Positions 36,843 through 49,756 of a stretch of DNA of 51,041 bases are shown one piece after another. The stretch is from Octopus bimaculoides. Taxonomy: Eukaryota. The notes beneath the pieces were generated by a model that worked only from the letters and a program-made list of their open reading frames with translations, did no database searches and was not told the DNA's origin. The DNA lies in NCBI RefSeq assembly GCF_001194135.2, contig NC_068985.1:20803987-20855027 (forward strand). The letters run 5' to 3'. Numbering within the stretch: the first letter of the stretch is position 1; every line of letters starts with the position of its first letter. The position numbers were made by a program, and so were the translations under genes.

Positions 36843-38344
36843 GTTAATGTTTTGCATCCCAACCACTGATATGGAGTTGAGTTTGTGGTTTAGACTTTTA
36901 ACCATTAAAAGTCAGGACCACCTAGCTCCCAGTAGATATGAAAGCATTGGGATTTAAGTGCTCTAGTGAATTGTAGTTGTGTTGCAAAATTAGCAAATAA
37001 TTCATTAGCTTGTAATGTTGATTTCAATTGCAACCACAGAAAAGGCTTTTTGTATTTGGCTAGTGTACTGTACAACCTGGAGACATGCAATGGCTCTGTA
37101 GATCACAAATGCTTGTGGAAAGGACAGGTATATGTGATAGAATGAATATACAGTATCAAAATTACCGAGTTTATAATATTTGAATAAATATGTATACAAT
37201 TTAAGGAATTGTAATATTTACCTGTAATATATAGGACTTTCCAATATATTTGTAAGTCATTCTGTTACTGTGTTGTTCACGTCTTACTTTATTGGTCATG
37301 AAGAAGTAATATCATATAGATTCATGATTAAGAATTCTGGTTATATTGTGGAAATAAAAATAACTGTGTTGATGTAGTGCTTTCAAAATTAGCATGTAAT
37401 TTCAGTTTCAAAAACATTAAGTGGGTAAAAGTTGCTTCTACCCCTGGCAGAGGGCATTAGCAATTACAAACAGTGTTTTCTGTGTGAGAAATTAAACTTA
37501 AATACCCTATTAAAGTGATAGACAGACTATATCAATGTTGGTTTCTACTTAAAACTAGATGGACTGATTAAATCAGTTGTAGTATCTACTTGGAGTTAAA
37601 TAGACAATACGTTCAGTGACTCCAACTTAGTTGGATGGACTGACCATACAACCAGTAACCCCTACATAAAGCTAGATGGACTACCTAATCATCAGTGGTA
37701 TCTTCTTAGAGCATTTTGGGTTTATACTCTCAGTAATATATATGTAGAATGAGATGGGCTGACTATACTATCACTGATACCTACTTGGAGCAAGATGTAG
37801 AGCTAGATGGACTGATTACACTACTAATGATAATTTCTTAGACTCGTCAAGAGTTAAGTGTTTTGGCAATGAACACAATGACAGGATACAAATTGCATCC
37901 ATTGCCAGAACACAAAGGTTGAACCCATCAAGTTTTAAGTGTGTATTACTAATGGTGCAGTCAATACTTCAAGTTTTAAGTAGCTGTTATTGATAGCATA
38001 GTCAGTACCTCTAACTTTATACATACAAGTGCTACTGTTGACATAATCATTCTGTGTGGCTCTATAGCCATTACTGTAAGCAGTTCTGGCTAGAATCATC
38101 TTACAGTGCTAATTCAATTCATTGTACAGGAAACACTGCCTTGGTTTTCCATTGTCCTTTGGATAGAACATTGGAAAATAACTGACATGGTCTTACACTA
38201 TTTAGAGACAGATTCATCTCTCTTCCTCTTAGTGCTTTTAAAATTGGATCTGAGTGTCAACTCTATGGATCCTTGTGGCCCAGAAATGAATAGCCAAATA
38301 AAATCAGGGTTTTTCATAAATAATACACTTTTTCGAGATCAGTG

Positions 38345-39260
38345 AATAATTTCACTGGAGAAAGTTATATATATATTTGCAAAGTAATGTCTTTCGCATC
38401 GAAGGTCGGCGGTTGTCATACGCTGGAGACGGGTAAATACCCAGAAACTCGAATCCGTACGTATCACAGATCAAGATGGGAAGGATGACTTCCCTTTGCA
38501 AATATAGACAAAACACAAATGTGTGTCGATAGCCAGCTGGAGGAGATGTTCTCCTGGGGCTAAAAGCAACAGTAACATCCACCCTTAGGGTCAGCCACAT
38601 TTAAGTGGCAAATATACTTCACCTTGTCGTGCAGTTACTGTTAATACCTCGCTCAGAGATTTAACAATACATATATTATGATTAATAAATATGAGAACAA
38701 TAGTACTTCTAAAAATACCATTGCTGGTGGTTGCAAACACAAGCTGTACAGGCAAATTAATAAAATATATATAAGATATATATATATATAAAAATACAAA
38801 ATGGGACAAGAATGCAAAACATCCAGACAGTTAGCTGATACAAGAAAGGGACAACAAAACATCCAGATAGACAATACACAGAAAACAAGGATGGGTCATT
38901 CGGAGTTTTCTTTCCTCAGTCGAGTTCCAGATTATCTTTGCAATTTCGGCTGGTTACACTCGAGATTGCTCCAATCTGGCCAGCTCCAAGGAAAAACTAA
39001 GCTAAGAGCATTAGGTTCCTTGGATGAAAGCAGCGAATGTATACGAAAACAAGAACAGAAAAAAATGGAGAATGTTACACAAATACAAATAACAGGACAT
39101 AACAACAGGTGTCTTTCGACTAAGGACGAATTAGATTAAGCTGGCGTGTGTGGAAGTAAAGCCTTAAAGCAGGGATACAAAATTTTACAGGGAAGAATAT
39201 AGATGTTGCACGGACAGCAGCCGAATCAAGAAAGAAAGGTCAGGCTTGGCCGAACACCGG
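38345..39260. mobile_element. young CpG-retaining interspersed repeat(s), family not determined
   Basis: CpG density is clearly above the flanks and there is no coherent protein. It resembles high-copy Octopus repeats from memory only. Confidence 0.45.
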
Positions 39261-39510
39261 TCACGTGAGGAGAGAAGAGAGAGAGGTAGAGGCAGAGGGA
39301 CAGAAGAAATAAGGAGTGGTGAGAAAAAAAATGACAGGGACACAGTGAAGTCAAAAGAGGAGGGAAAGTGAGCATGAAATACAAGGACACTGCATGAGCA
39401 GCTGCATCACTAAAAATAGATGTCAACACACTTCTAAGTCATGATTCTTCCGTGGCTTAGAAGTGTTTTGACTTCTATTTTTAGCGATGGAGGTGCTCAT
39501 GATTTACCCT

Positions 39511-39545
<35 letters not shown>

Positions 39546-39556
39546 NNNNNNNNNNC

Positions 39557-39750
39557 ACTTTAAGGGTATTGTGAAAGGCCTGATTAGAGGCCCAACTTTC
39601 CAAGTTCTTTTACAGGGCTTAGAAAAACTGAAGGACCGCTGCAACAATTGTGTGAATCTGAGAGGGTATATGTTGAATAAAATCATAATTAATTGATCCT
39701 CTTGTATTTTCTTTTACCCAAAGCCAGGAGCTTTTCAGCACTCCTTCATA
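39557..39750 (+). mobile_element. mariner-derived MITE, second copy
   Basis: Reverse-complement homologue of 28806-28996 (GLEKLKDRCNNCVNLRG remnant), ending aagccaggagcttttcagcactccttcaTA. Confidence 0.75.
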
Positions 39751-40614
39751 CATTATTTGCATATCCATCCATATCACACAAAATATTCGATATAAAAAGA
39801 AAAAAACATAAACCACAGATACACCAAAATGGCTGTAACACTCATCTCTAAACTCAAAGCACTGAATTAGAGAATATATAAAACACTCTTATCACACAAT
39901 AGTTAATATCACTTTGCTCATATTGCAACCACTACCAAATTCTTCACAGCATGCAAAGCGTTCTAGATTCAGCACATTCCCAGATTACCACATTGCAGCA
40001 TCTCACACAATTCCACACCTATTGATAATTTATGTAGCCTCATCTCAGATCGGTTTGAAGAATAATGTATTCAGTTTGAGTAATTTTTAGGTCACAGAAG
40101 TTCAATTGATGATATCCATTTCTTATATCTAAGTGATGATAGTCTACAGTTTCCCAATAACAGTCATATAATATAGTTGGTCAATTCATATATCTTACAT
40201 ATCAGATAAGGTTGACAAATTCATAACCCTCTTATATGGGTGTATGTATCCTGAATTAAAATATTGACAATGTTCAGTGCAATGAATTCCCATCAATATT
40301 GTAAAGTATCTGAAAGAGTAGACATGTTATAATATTTCTATCTTAACTTGATTACATTATCCAAAGTTATTGATTTCTTTATACATTCCAAAGATTACAA
40401 ACATAACCTGCTGTTGTTAATGTTTAAAGGCCTCACAAACGATAATTTTCCTTGCTCAGAAACATTTTGGAAGTGTGAAAAATGACATTTACTGGTTGCT
40501 GAATATATTCATATTTATTATGGGGCAGATTTTGCTATTTCCTCATAAATATTACCTTGTTTGTATAGATGCTTTTAGATCTTTAGTTTTGCATATTTTT
40601 ATTCCTTTTAATAG

Positions 40615-40692
40615 ATTTCTGCTTATTCCACCCCACCCCCCATTCAATTATGAATTAGATAAGTCAGCAGACTTCAATGAATTACTGGAGTG
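40615..40692 (+). CDS. candidate coding exon (FLLIPPHPPFNYELDKSADFNELLE-W, phase 2-2)
   Basis: catatttttattccttttaatag|78 nt|gtatgt. Open only in phase 2, which is the exit phase of 36806-36842. Confidence 0.55.
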
Positions 40693-41506
40693 GTATGTAT
40701 TTATTAATACTATCAAAAGTATGGAACCTTGCAGTATTAGAAGATTTGAATGTACAGTCTATTTAGTAAAATATATTCATGTTTTCAATTATATGTGCTT
40801 GTAGGTGAAACCACATATAAGCAGAAAAGTGCATATGCAGTGTTATGCTTACATTTAGCATCTCATGTGTATTCTAAGTAATTCTCAAGTAATAAGGCTT
40901 TAGAGAAGATTAGAAACCATTAAATATTCATAATGAGGTGACATGATCAAAATCAAAGAAAAATTCTGTTACATAGATTCAGTAACACCTGCTAGCATGG
41001 AAAAAAAAATAGATATAAAAAGGATGATGACTATTATTCTTCACTGACACTATTTCTAAAATGGTATCTTGAGTGTAGCATCATTATATCTATAAACATT
41101 TTAATGACACAGAACAATAAATTTCTTTTCGTTCATTCTCATTCTTATAATAATTTCCTTTTAAACAAAATTAAATTAACTGTCTAGTTATTTTTTCCTA
41201 TTGTTTGCTTATCTTACCTGCCGATCACTCTAATATTGACATTTATTCCTCCAAATTTCTTCATTCTCATAAATCATTTTATTTTGATTGCTTATAAGAG
41301 TAGTACATATTACAGGTGTATCCAGTAATTTGTCATTCTCTGCAGTTCTAATTTTTTTTTTTTTTTGTTTTATTTCTTAAATTATGTTGTTTATCTCCCA
41401 AAAAATGTGGAAAATATAATCCATTATTTAAATTTTACTGTCATCAGAAGTGGCTATCAGTTGTCATTAGTTCTAATTGACTTCAAAGGAAGTGTCCATT
41501 TTCTAG

Positions 41507-41586
41507 GAAAGATTTTACTAATTTGTTTAATGATTTATCTGGAGAAGGAGACTGTAGCCATTGTCTTCACAGACCCTCCAAGACAG
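41507..41586 (+). CDS. candidate coding exon (KDFTNLFNDLSGEGDCSHCLHRPSKT, phase 2-1)
   Basis: gtgtccattttctag|80 nt|gtgaaa; continues the frame (TG+G = Trp). An in-frame acceptor slightly upstream, or read-through to a stop (GETK*), is also possible. Confidence 0.4.
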
Positions 41587-42088
41587 GTGAAACTAAGTAA
41601 TTGATATTCTTCTTCAAGAAATCGAAATTGATGGCTGCAGGAGAAACATGAACAGGAAAGAATTCTAAACGGATGATCTCTGTGAATGTTCTGGTTTGGG
41701 TATAGGGAACATAATATGTATGAGAAGAAGAGAAGGCCTGAGTGTTGATAGCTCAACCAGCTGTGAGAAGCAGAGTTCATTGTTGTAGCAACTGAATAAG
41801 CAAAATGNNNNNNNNNNNNNNNNNNNNNNNNNNNNNNNNNNNNNNNNNNNNNNNNNNNNNNNNNNNNNNNNNNNNNNNNNNNNNNNNNNNNNNNNNNNNN
41901 NNNNNNNNNNNNNNNNNNNNNNNNNNNNNNNNNAACATTGAGGGTTAAGCGTCTGGATGAAGACTTATTGCAGCTTCAGTGCCAGATATGAAATGCTCAG
42001 CCTTTAGCCAATATACAAGCATACTTTCAATATTCCCTACTGTGATTATATATATCCTATAACACATAAATATATATGCATGTGTATT

Positions 42089-42150
<62 letters not shown>

Positions 42151-42363
42151 TAGAGAGATATATTATCCAGGTGGATACCGTGGTAGCTCTCAGTTATGTT
42201 CCAGATTATGGCTAACTGCATTGATTAGTATTTAATGTCCATGACTACTAGGAGTTGTCACTCATGCTGCAAATTCTTCCAATGGGTAATTCCATGTTCA
42301 CTTCACTGGCTGGTAATATTATCCAGAGTGGATATTTGCAATAATCATGACACAGAATATGGA

Positions 42364-42648
42364 GACTGGTACATTCTCAAAATTTACTTCCTATTATTTT
42401 ACAATGTCATACACCATATTTTTACGGTTACAATGACCTACACATGTTTAAACTGCACAGAGTATGAGCAGTTGCATATGCAACCAGGCATAATTTTCTG
42501 TGTAGCTTCATTCAGGGTCTTCAAGTCAAGCTGGTTCAAAGACCATTCACTGCGCAGTTTAAACATGTGCAGATCATTGGAACCATAAAAATATATTCTG
42601 TATGACATTGTAAAATAAAAGAAAATAAATTTTGAGAATGTACCAGTC
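42364..42648. mobile_element. MITE with ~49-bp terminal inverted repeats
   Basis: 42364-42412 is the reverse complement of 42600-42648; the outer 23 bp (gactggtacattctcaaaattta) match perfectly. No clear target-site duplication. Confidence 0.8.
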
Positions 42649-43198
42649 ACTTTACTCTCTATCATTATATATAAATATATANNNNNNNNNNATATGTATG
42701 AGAAGAAGAGAAGGCCTGAGTGTTGATAGCTCAACCAGCTGTGAGAAGCAGAGTTCATTGTTGTAGCAACTGAATAAGCAAAATGAAGAGAGAGTACATC
42801 TGGAAGTAAAAAGAGGCTGATATGTTACTGAGTAACATCATGCCAATCTTTATTTTGGATGTGACCTAGGAAGCATATGTGTTGCAGCAGCATCTTCCCA
42901 GATGTGAGTGTAGTATTCCATCGCTTTCTTTTAGTATATGGGAAGGTTTAATCCATTACACTATCATTAGTGAAATACACAGCAATGTCTCTCTTGCTTA
43001 TAGCAATTAAACGCACCTACCTGTTTATAGTTTGGTAGACTATAACATTGAGGGTTAAGCGTCTGGATGAAGACTTATTGCAGCTTCAGTGCCAGATATG
43101 AAATGCTCAGCCTTTAGCCAATATACAAGCATACTTTCAATATTCCCTACTGTGATTATATATATCCTATAACACATAAATATATATGCATGTGTATT

Positions 43199-43242
<44 letters not shown>

Positions 43243-43860
43243 NNNNNNNNNNNNNNNNNNNNNNNNNNNNNNNNNNNNNNNNNNNNNNNNNNNNNNNNNN
43301 NNNNNATATATATATATATATATATATAATATAACATGATGTATATTTACCATTAGAACAAACATGTGTCTTGTTTTATTGAAGCAACACATAATATGTC
43401 TTTTGGGGCCAATGGACATATTCTGTTTCCAGCTTTTGATCTGAGATATATTCTGCCATGTTGCATTTCCTTGATTCATACAGCATTGTTTTTACACCAT
43501 CCAAGTATTATTCAATTGATGAGCTTAAACAGGATTTCAACTTTGAATTACATAAAGATTTTTATTATGCAATAACTAGATATATTTTTAGAAGCTGTTT
43601 TTTATAATATATATATATATATATATATAAGATTTTTTACTGCATAAATAAAAATAATTGCTAATCTTTTAATGGTTTATTTTTAAAGAGTAGATTATTC
43701 ACTACAAACTTAAAATATTTCACATCTTGTAAATTTAAATGAAACATCTTGCAAATGTTGATAGTGTATTTTTGGTTTGAGAACAAATCAAGTGAAATCT
43801 TGCTGATAATATACATATATGTATGTATATATGTATGTATATATGTATGTATATATGTAT

Positions 43861-44208
43861 GCAGGTGTGGTAAGAAGCTTGCTTCACAACAACATGGTTC
43901 CAGGTTCAGTCCCACTCCGTGGCACCTTGGGCAAACGTCTTCTACTATAGCCTCGAGCCAACCAAAGCCTTGTGAGTGGATTTGGTAGATGGAAATAGAA
44001 AGAAGCCCATCATGTGTGTGTGTTTCTCCCCCTATCATCACTTAACAATCACTGACGGTGTGTTTATGTTCTGCAAAAGAAACCAACATAATAAGTACCA
44101 GGCTAAAAAAATAAGTCGTGGGGTCAATTTATCTGACTAAAACCCTTCAGGATGGTGCTCCAGCATGGCTGCAGTCAAACGACTGGAACAAGTAAAAGAA
44201 TAAAAGAA
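43861..44208 (+). mobile_element. tRNA-derived SINE with caccttgggcaa central domain
   Basis: gtgtggtaagaagcttgcttcacaacaacatggttccaggttcagtccc...ggcaccttgggcaaacgtcttctactatagcctcg... tail ggtgctccagcatggctgcagtc...gtaaaagaataaaagaa. Confidence 0.85.
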
Positions 44209-46316
44209 CATATAGAAAAAAAATATACAGGAACAATAATGTGCATGTGTATCTGTCTATTTGTCTGTCTGTCTCTGTTTATGTATGCATATAAGTATCT
44301 ACATCTGTGTGTATATGTATGTGCATGCAAAAAGGTATGACATGTTACCAAAAGGTTTGGGTGTAGTCGATCCATTCCACATTTGATTTTTGGCAATGAA
44401 TGAGATGAATGGGACCAGCAACATTTGTTCATGTAATTGAGTTTTATATTCACATTATTTGTAACTGTTCATCTCACAAATCGTGTGTATATTGTATAAA
44501 ACATTATTTACTGATTACATTGTTTGTATTCCTTTTATACATACATGCAATATACATACATACATACATATATATATATATGTATATAGATATGTACATA
44601 CATACACCTGCTTGTTGTCCCCTCACCTGCCTTTGTCTTTCATTTTCTGTAAATTCAAACTATATATATATACATATATATACACACACATATATATGCA
44701 CGCACATATATATATGCACACACACACACACACACATGCAGTACAGCTGGTACAAGCTTGTAGAATGACATTACTGTTCATTGGGAACCTGAAACTAGTG
44801 TTTGTTGTTTGTAAAATTTCAGCTTCAAAACAATTTATTTATATATATAAAAAGTTCAATAAAGGGATTCTCTCTCTTTCCCTCTCACTCTCTCTCTGTC
44901 TCCCTCCTTCCTCTCTCTTTTTCTCTTTCTCTTTCTCAATGCGAAGAGTAGTTTGTAAGATGCATGTGTAAGAACTGCACTACTGCATGGCAGTGAGACA
45001 CAAGCATTGGATGCTGAAGACGTAAAAGGATGCAAATGGATGATGACAGATGGGGGAAGAAGTGCCAAGAGATTCATGTAGAAGAATCAAATGGGAGAGG
45101 AGGACTTAAAGGTTAATTTCAGGACACAGAGAATAGATGACAGAGGAATACACAGGAAAGATACCATTTGAAGTCTTCCATGAAAATACATCCAGACTCA
45201 GGGAAAATATTACCTTGCTTGGAAATAAGTGAGGGTTAGTGACTGGAAGTGTATTCAGCTGCAGTAAATTTGCTTCAATGAATTTGCAGTCTGACCCATG
45301 CAGGTATAGAACAGCAGACATTAAAATGAGGATTATGTATGTTATGTGTGTGTGTGTGTTCATGATTATTATGTACACATAATGAACAGCAGTATCATTT
45401 TAATGTCTATTTTTCATGTTTGTATGGATCACAGGTCATTTGATGGCAACATTATTTAGAGTTAACACATAACTCAAAGACAGGAAGAGACACAAACACA
45501 CACACACACATACATAACTTCACACATACACACACAACACTTATTCACTCTATTAGAACATGAATGAATCTTATTAAAGTAATACTTAAAACATCACTTT
45601 GATCAAGGAACACATTTTTATGCCACTTTTTTGTGAAACATATTCCATTGCATTATCTCCTGTGTGAAATTGTTCTCGCTTCTATATTACCTTTTTGCAC
45701 TTGAAAATGCACATATTCTCTGGTTGGGTAAGCCAACACATTTTTTCTTTTGCTATATGCTCCGTAGATGCTCTGTTGTATAACATTTAGTTAGGGAAAA
45801 TATATTCTGGAAAATCCATTTTCATCTCAAACTTCTGTAAGTTGATATTTTGGAAAAGCATAAAATTTTAACAAGTCTATTCCCAGTTGTTGTAGCTATT
45901 TTTTAGACTATCTGTAACTCCATATGTGTGCGTGTGTGTATTTATGTATAATTTTATATTTGGATATACACCTTGTAGTATGCTGTTTAAAGCCTGTTCA
46001 TAGTATTTGGCAACTTGATGTCATCAACAGTATGGATGTATATGTCACTGAATTTACTTCAGGAATTTTTTCATGTCTATAGAATTTATAAAATATATGA
46101 AAGAAAGAAAATCTTGTGAAGACAAGTAACACAATACAACTAGCTAAATGTACTCTAATAGAAATAAGCAAAACGGAAATTAAAACACAAGTTACCTTTT
46201 GACAAATCACCTGATGAGACACATCTGCACCTTTGATGCACACCAACTGTTTGTATAGCATCGCACCCATGAGGCACCAGTGCACAATGGGTCAAAATGA
46301 TCTAAGCACCCTCCAT

Positions 46317-46697
46317 TGTCAGTTAAAGTTTAGACAGTGTCACATGACAACTTGCTGGGGCTACTTGCTGGAGCCTAGCAGCGGGAAGTTTAGACAGTGT
46401 CACATGACAACTTGCTGGGGTAGCCTGCTGGAGCCTAGCAGCAGGTATAAAAAGGGGAATTTGACAAGACAATCAGTCGGACGCTGACACTCGTTGATGC
46501 TGCATTGAAGAGGCCAGGGAATAGAAGAAAGAAGACATGCACCCAACACCAGAGCTGAAGACACTTCCGAAAGGGAGGGGCCGCCACGTCAAAACGGTAG
46601 AGGAGTAGGGGCCAAAACCAGACGTGGTTCCTCCTGATGATGTCTTGAGCTAACTGGATCTTATAAAGGAGCTGTTGTGGTAGCAGACCACGGAACA
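46317..46697 (+). mobile_element. probable solo LTR
   Basis: TG...CA ends, GC and CpG richer than the flanks, 60-bp tandem duplication (46326-46445) directly followed by TATAAAA (46446). No target-site duplication found. Confidence 0.5.
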
Positions 46698-47409
46698 TGG
46701 TTGAAATTCCTTCCTAAAGAATAACATGCATTTCATTTTATTTCTCTTGTATATTTCATATATATATGTGTGTGTATATATAAATATATATATGAATATA
46801 TGTATATATACACACACACATATAATATATGGTCGTAAGCATGCATACATATACGTGCATACACATGCATATATATATACAGGTCAGAAAATGTGCACCA
46901 AGCTCCAATATCACCTTCACCATGGTTTTTTACAGTTGGATGCCCTTCCTAATGCCAACCCCTTTACAATGAGTACTTGATACATTTTACATGACCCTTG
47001 CAGTAGGGAGTTTGCCCAGTAATTTTGCAAGACAACAAAAAGGGAAAGAAAAAGAACCCCCTCTACTGAGTGGGAATGTACTTGTGAAAGGAGGAGGTCA
47101 CTTTATGCTGAGTATTGGAGGCTAAAACACGATAGAAAGACAGCCACAGATGCATTGCTATAGAGAAGCTACACAGCATGTTTGAACTTATAAATACGAT
47201 CACTTTTATCTGTATCTTATTATGTACATTATCTTTGTATTTCCCTGTTCCTCTGGGGCACTTTCCATTTTTCTTCCAATAATTGAAACAAAATTTATAA
47301 GCAAACTACTAAAGTGTTACTATAAATTGATGTTTCTATATATTGATGTGCACTACCTTACATAATAATAATAATAATAATAATAATAATAGCAACAACA
47401 ACAACAAGC

Positions 47410-47780
47410 AGAATGTACATGTTTTGTCTTGGTGTAAAAGATGAACTACATCAAATATTCTGTTCAATACCACAAATTTGCTTGTCAGTTGCTTGATCTT
47501 AACTAGTTGAGTATGTCCTTTATTGGCTGACAATATGTACATCTCTGATCACAAGCAGGAGTAGTGGAGGAGCATCAGAGCCATGTGTTGAGAGGAATTC
47601 TTTGGGGTTTGAATAATTCACCCTGGAAACATGGGTGTTTCATTCATCATCCTTAAACAAGCCTTATTCAGGGACCTTTTCAGCAGGATGGTTTATTCAA
47701 CCTGAAGAAAATTCTAACTGGACCTCACCTGCTAGGTCATGTGCTGGTTATCTTGATATGAGATCACCATGTCACACACA
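47410..47780. mobile_element. interspersed repeat following an (AAT)n/(AAC)n tract, probably a reverse-oriented SINE
   Basis: Abuts a simple-repeat tail; the family call is from memory of Octopus repeats only. Confidence 0.4.
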
Positions 47781-48659
47781 TATAATTATGATTCATGTGG
47801 CTGGTGTACCCTTATCCAATGGCTTTGTATATTTGTACCCTTATATTCGTATATTTGTACCACAGTGTCACTTGATGGCATGCATTGCTCTCTCACTCAG
47901 TAATAACAACAAAGGGCAATGATGATGATGACGATGACACTGATGTTTGGGTGGGGGGATGATGATGATGATGATATAATTGTAAAATAATACAGTGACA
48001 TTTAAACAACCATGGAAAACCGAAGGTTGTTTGAACAGTAGGTAAATGATGCAGTTTTTGTCTAAAACATTTTTCTCAATAAAATTGAACTTCAAAAAGT
48101 CTTCTACGCATTTACATGAAGCACTTATATTGACTTATATATGCTTAAGCAAACATGTACAGTATAATGTATAACAGACATTATATTAATATGTTTCCGC
48201 ATACATACAGCTAGGTATATAAATATCTATTTCACCTATAGTGAAACCATTTGTTGAGAAGCACTGTCTCAAACGTAGCAATTTAATTAATATTCTGTGT
48301 AACAATAGGCTGGGCATTCTGTCAGTTACAGTGACATGTGTCCCATTTGATTTGATCAACAGAATATCTTGTTCATGAAATTAATGCACAAGTGACACAT
48401 AACCATAACATGGTTTTCAGGAATATTCTGTGTGATACACTGAATGTGACCCTCATTCTTGCCACCTAAATGGACTGGGACAACATGAAATAAAATGTTG
48501 TGCTTAAGGACACAATCCGTCTCTGGGAATCGAACTCACAACCTTACAATTGTGAGCAAAGTAAGCTAATCACTAAGCCATGTGCCTTTACATGTAACAA
48601 TAACCCAGTGGCTAGAAAGTCAAATTTATACTGTTTTGTGTTAATATCTCTTCAAACCA

Positions 48660-48880
48660 AGGTGGCAAGCTGGCCGAATCGTTAGCATGCTGGGCAAAAT
48701 GCTTAGCAGTATTTCGTCTGTCTTTGTGTTCTGAGTCCAAATTCTGCCGAGGTCGACTTTGCCTTTCATCCTTTCAGGGTTGATAAATTAAGTACCAGTT
48801 GCGTACTGGAATCAGTCTAATCGACTGCCCCCACCTCCCCAAAAATTTCAGGCCTTGTGCCTAGAGTAGAAAAAAATAAC
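48660..48880 (+). mobile_element. tRNA-derived SINE with gtcgactttgcctttcatcctttc...gataaattaagtaccag central domain
   Basis: Head aggtggcaagctggccgaatcgttagc...; homologous reverse copies at 30685-31083 and 33830-34070. Confidence 0.85.
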
Positions 48881-49715
48881 TCTTCAAACCTGATAGTAGC
48901 AATGTTTTAGGTTGTTTTATTCACTGTTTTCTTGCAGCACACATCTTCAGTTTCACACCATATTATAAACCCAAAGTAATACTCCTTTATGCACTGTAAA
49001 AAGTGACTGTAAAATATTTTCCCTGGTTACAAAATTACTCAGCTATCATTTTATCTTTTCCTTTTTTTATGTGAATCTTACTGCTCTCAGATTCATGTAG
49101 AATATTACTTTCTTCAAATAACATTGTTAACGTTTTTTTTTTATTTGTGTGTGTCTGTCTGTGTGTGTGTGTGTGTGTTTGTGTATGTGTCTGTGTGCGT
49201 TAGAAAAAGGGAAAAAATTTTTCATTTTCATTGCAAAGCTTTTACATTATTAATTTTCATTTGTTTATGTAAGTTTTAAAAGAATTACTTTGTATATTTT
49301 AAGGCTCTAATGAACCCCCAAAATGCTAATGCATAAAATAATACATTGAAAAACAAATATGAAAAATGTAGGTTAAAATATAATGATATAAAGACAGAAA
49401 AAAATCAATTTGTTTCTAACTTAAGCAAATTTAGACTGTGAAGGTATGCTTCAAATAATTATTTCCTTCATTATGAGAAATTAGGCTCTTTTAAAGCTAA
49501 TGAACTTGTGGGAAAACGTAAACAAATTATCAGGCAGAAAGAACAATATATTTTGATATACATCACAAATATCAGAAACAAACACTGTTCACAACAAAGC
49601 TTCATTTATTGACATGCTATGACTATTTTATATTTTGCTATAATACTAGGAATATCTTTGGTTTGATCTACTTCAATACACATAGACATCTGTAAATATG
49701 ATCCACTATGTTCAG

Positions 49716-49756
49716 ATGCGGATAGGTTTCAAGTGTGTGTTATCTCTTCAGAATTG
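49716..49756 (+). CDS. candidate exon (D-ADRFQVCVISSEL, phase 1-0)
   Basis: ccactatgttcag|41 nt|gtaaga: strong donor, moderate acceptor; phase-compatible with 41507-41586. Confidence 0.25.

Noticed and set aside
38894-38924. Minus-strand hammerhead-like motif ctgagga-aagaaaactcc-gaat
   Set aside because: GAAT replaces GAAA, stem II is poor and no stem I or III could be built.
41714-43242. Apparent ~1-kb tandem duplication (41714-41807 = 42692-42785; 41934-42140 ~ 43044-43242)
   Set aside because: The copies look identical and every boundary touches an N gap; the second copy fills the gap in the first. This is most likely assembly redundancy. Read depth or long reads would settle it.
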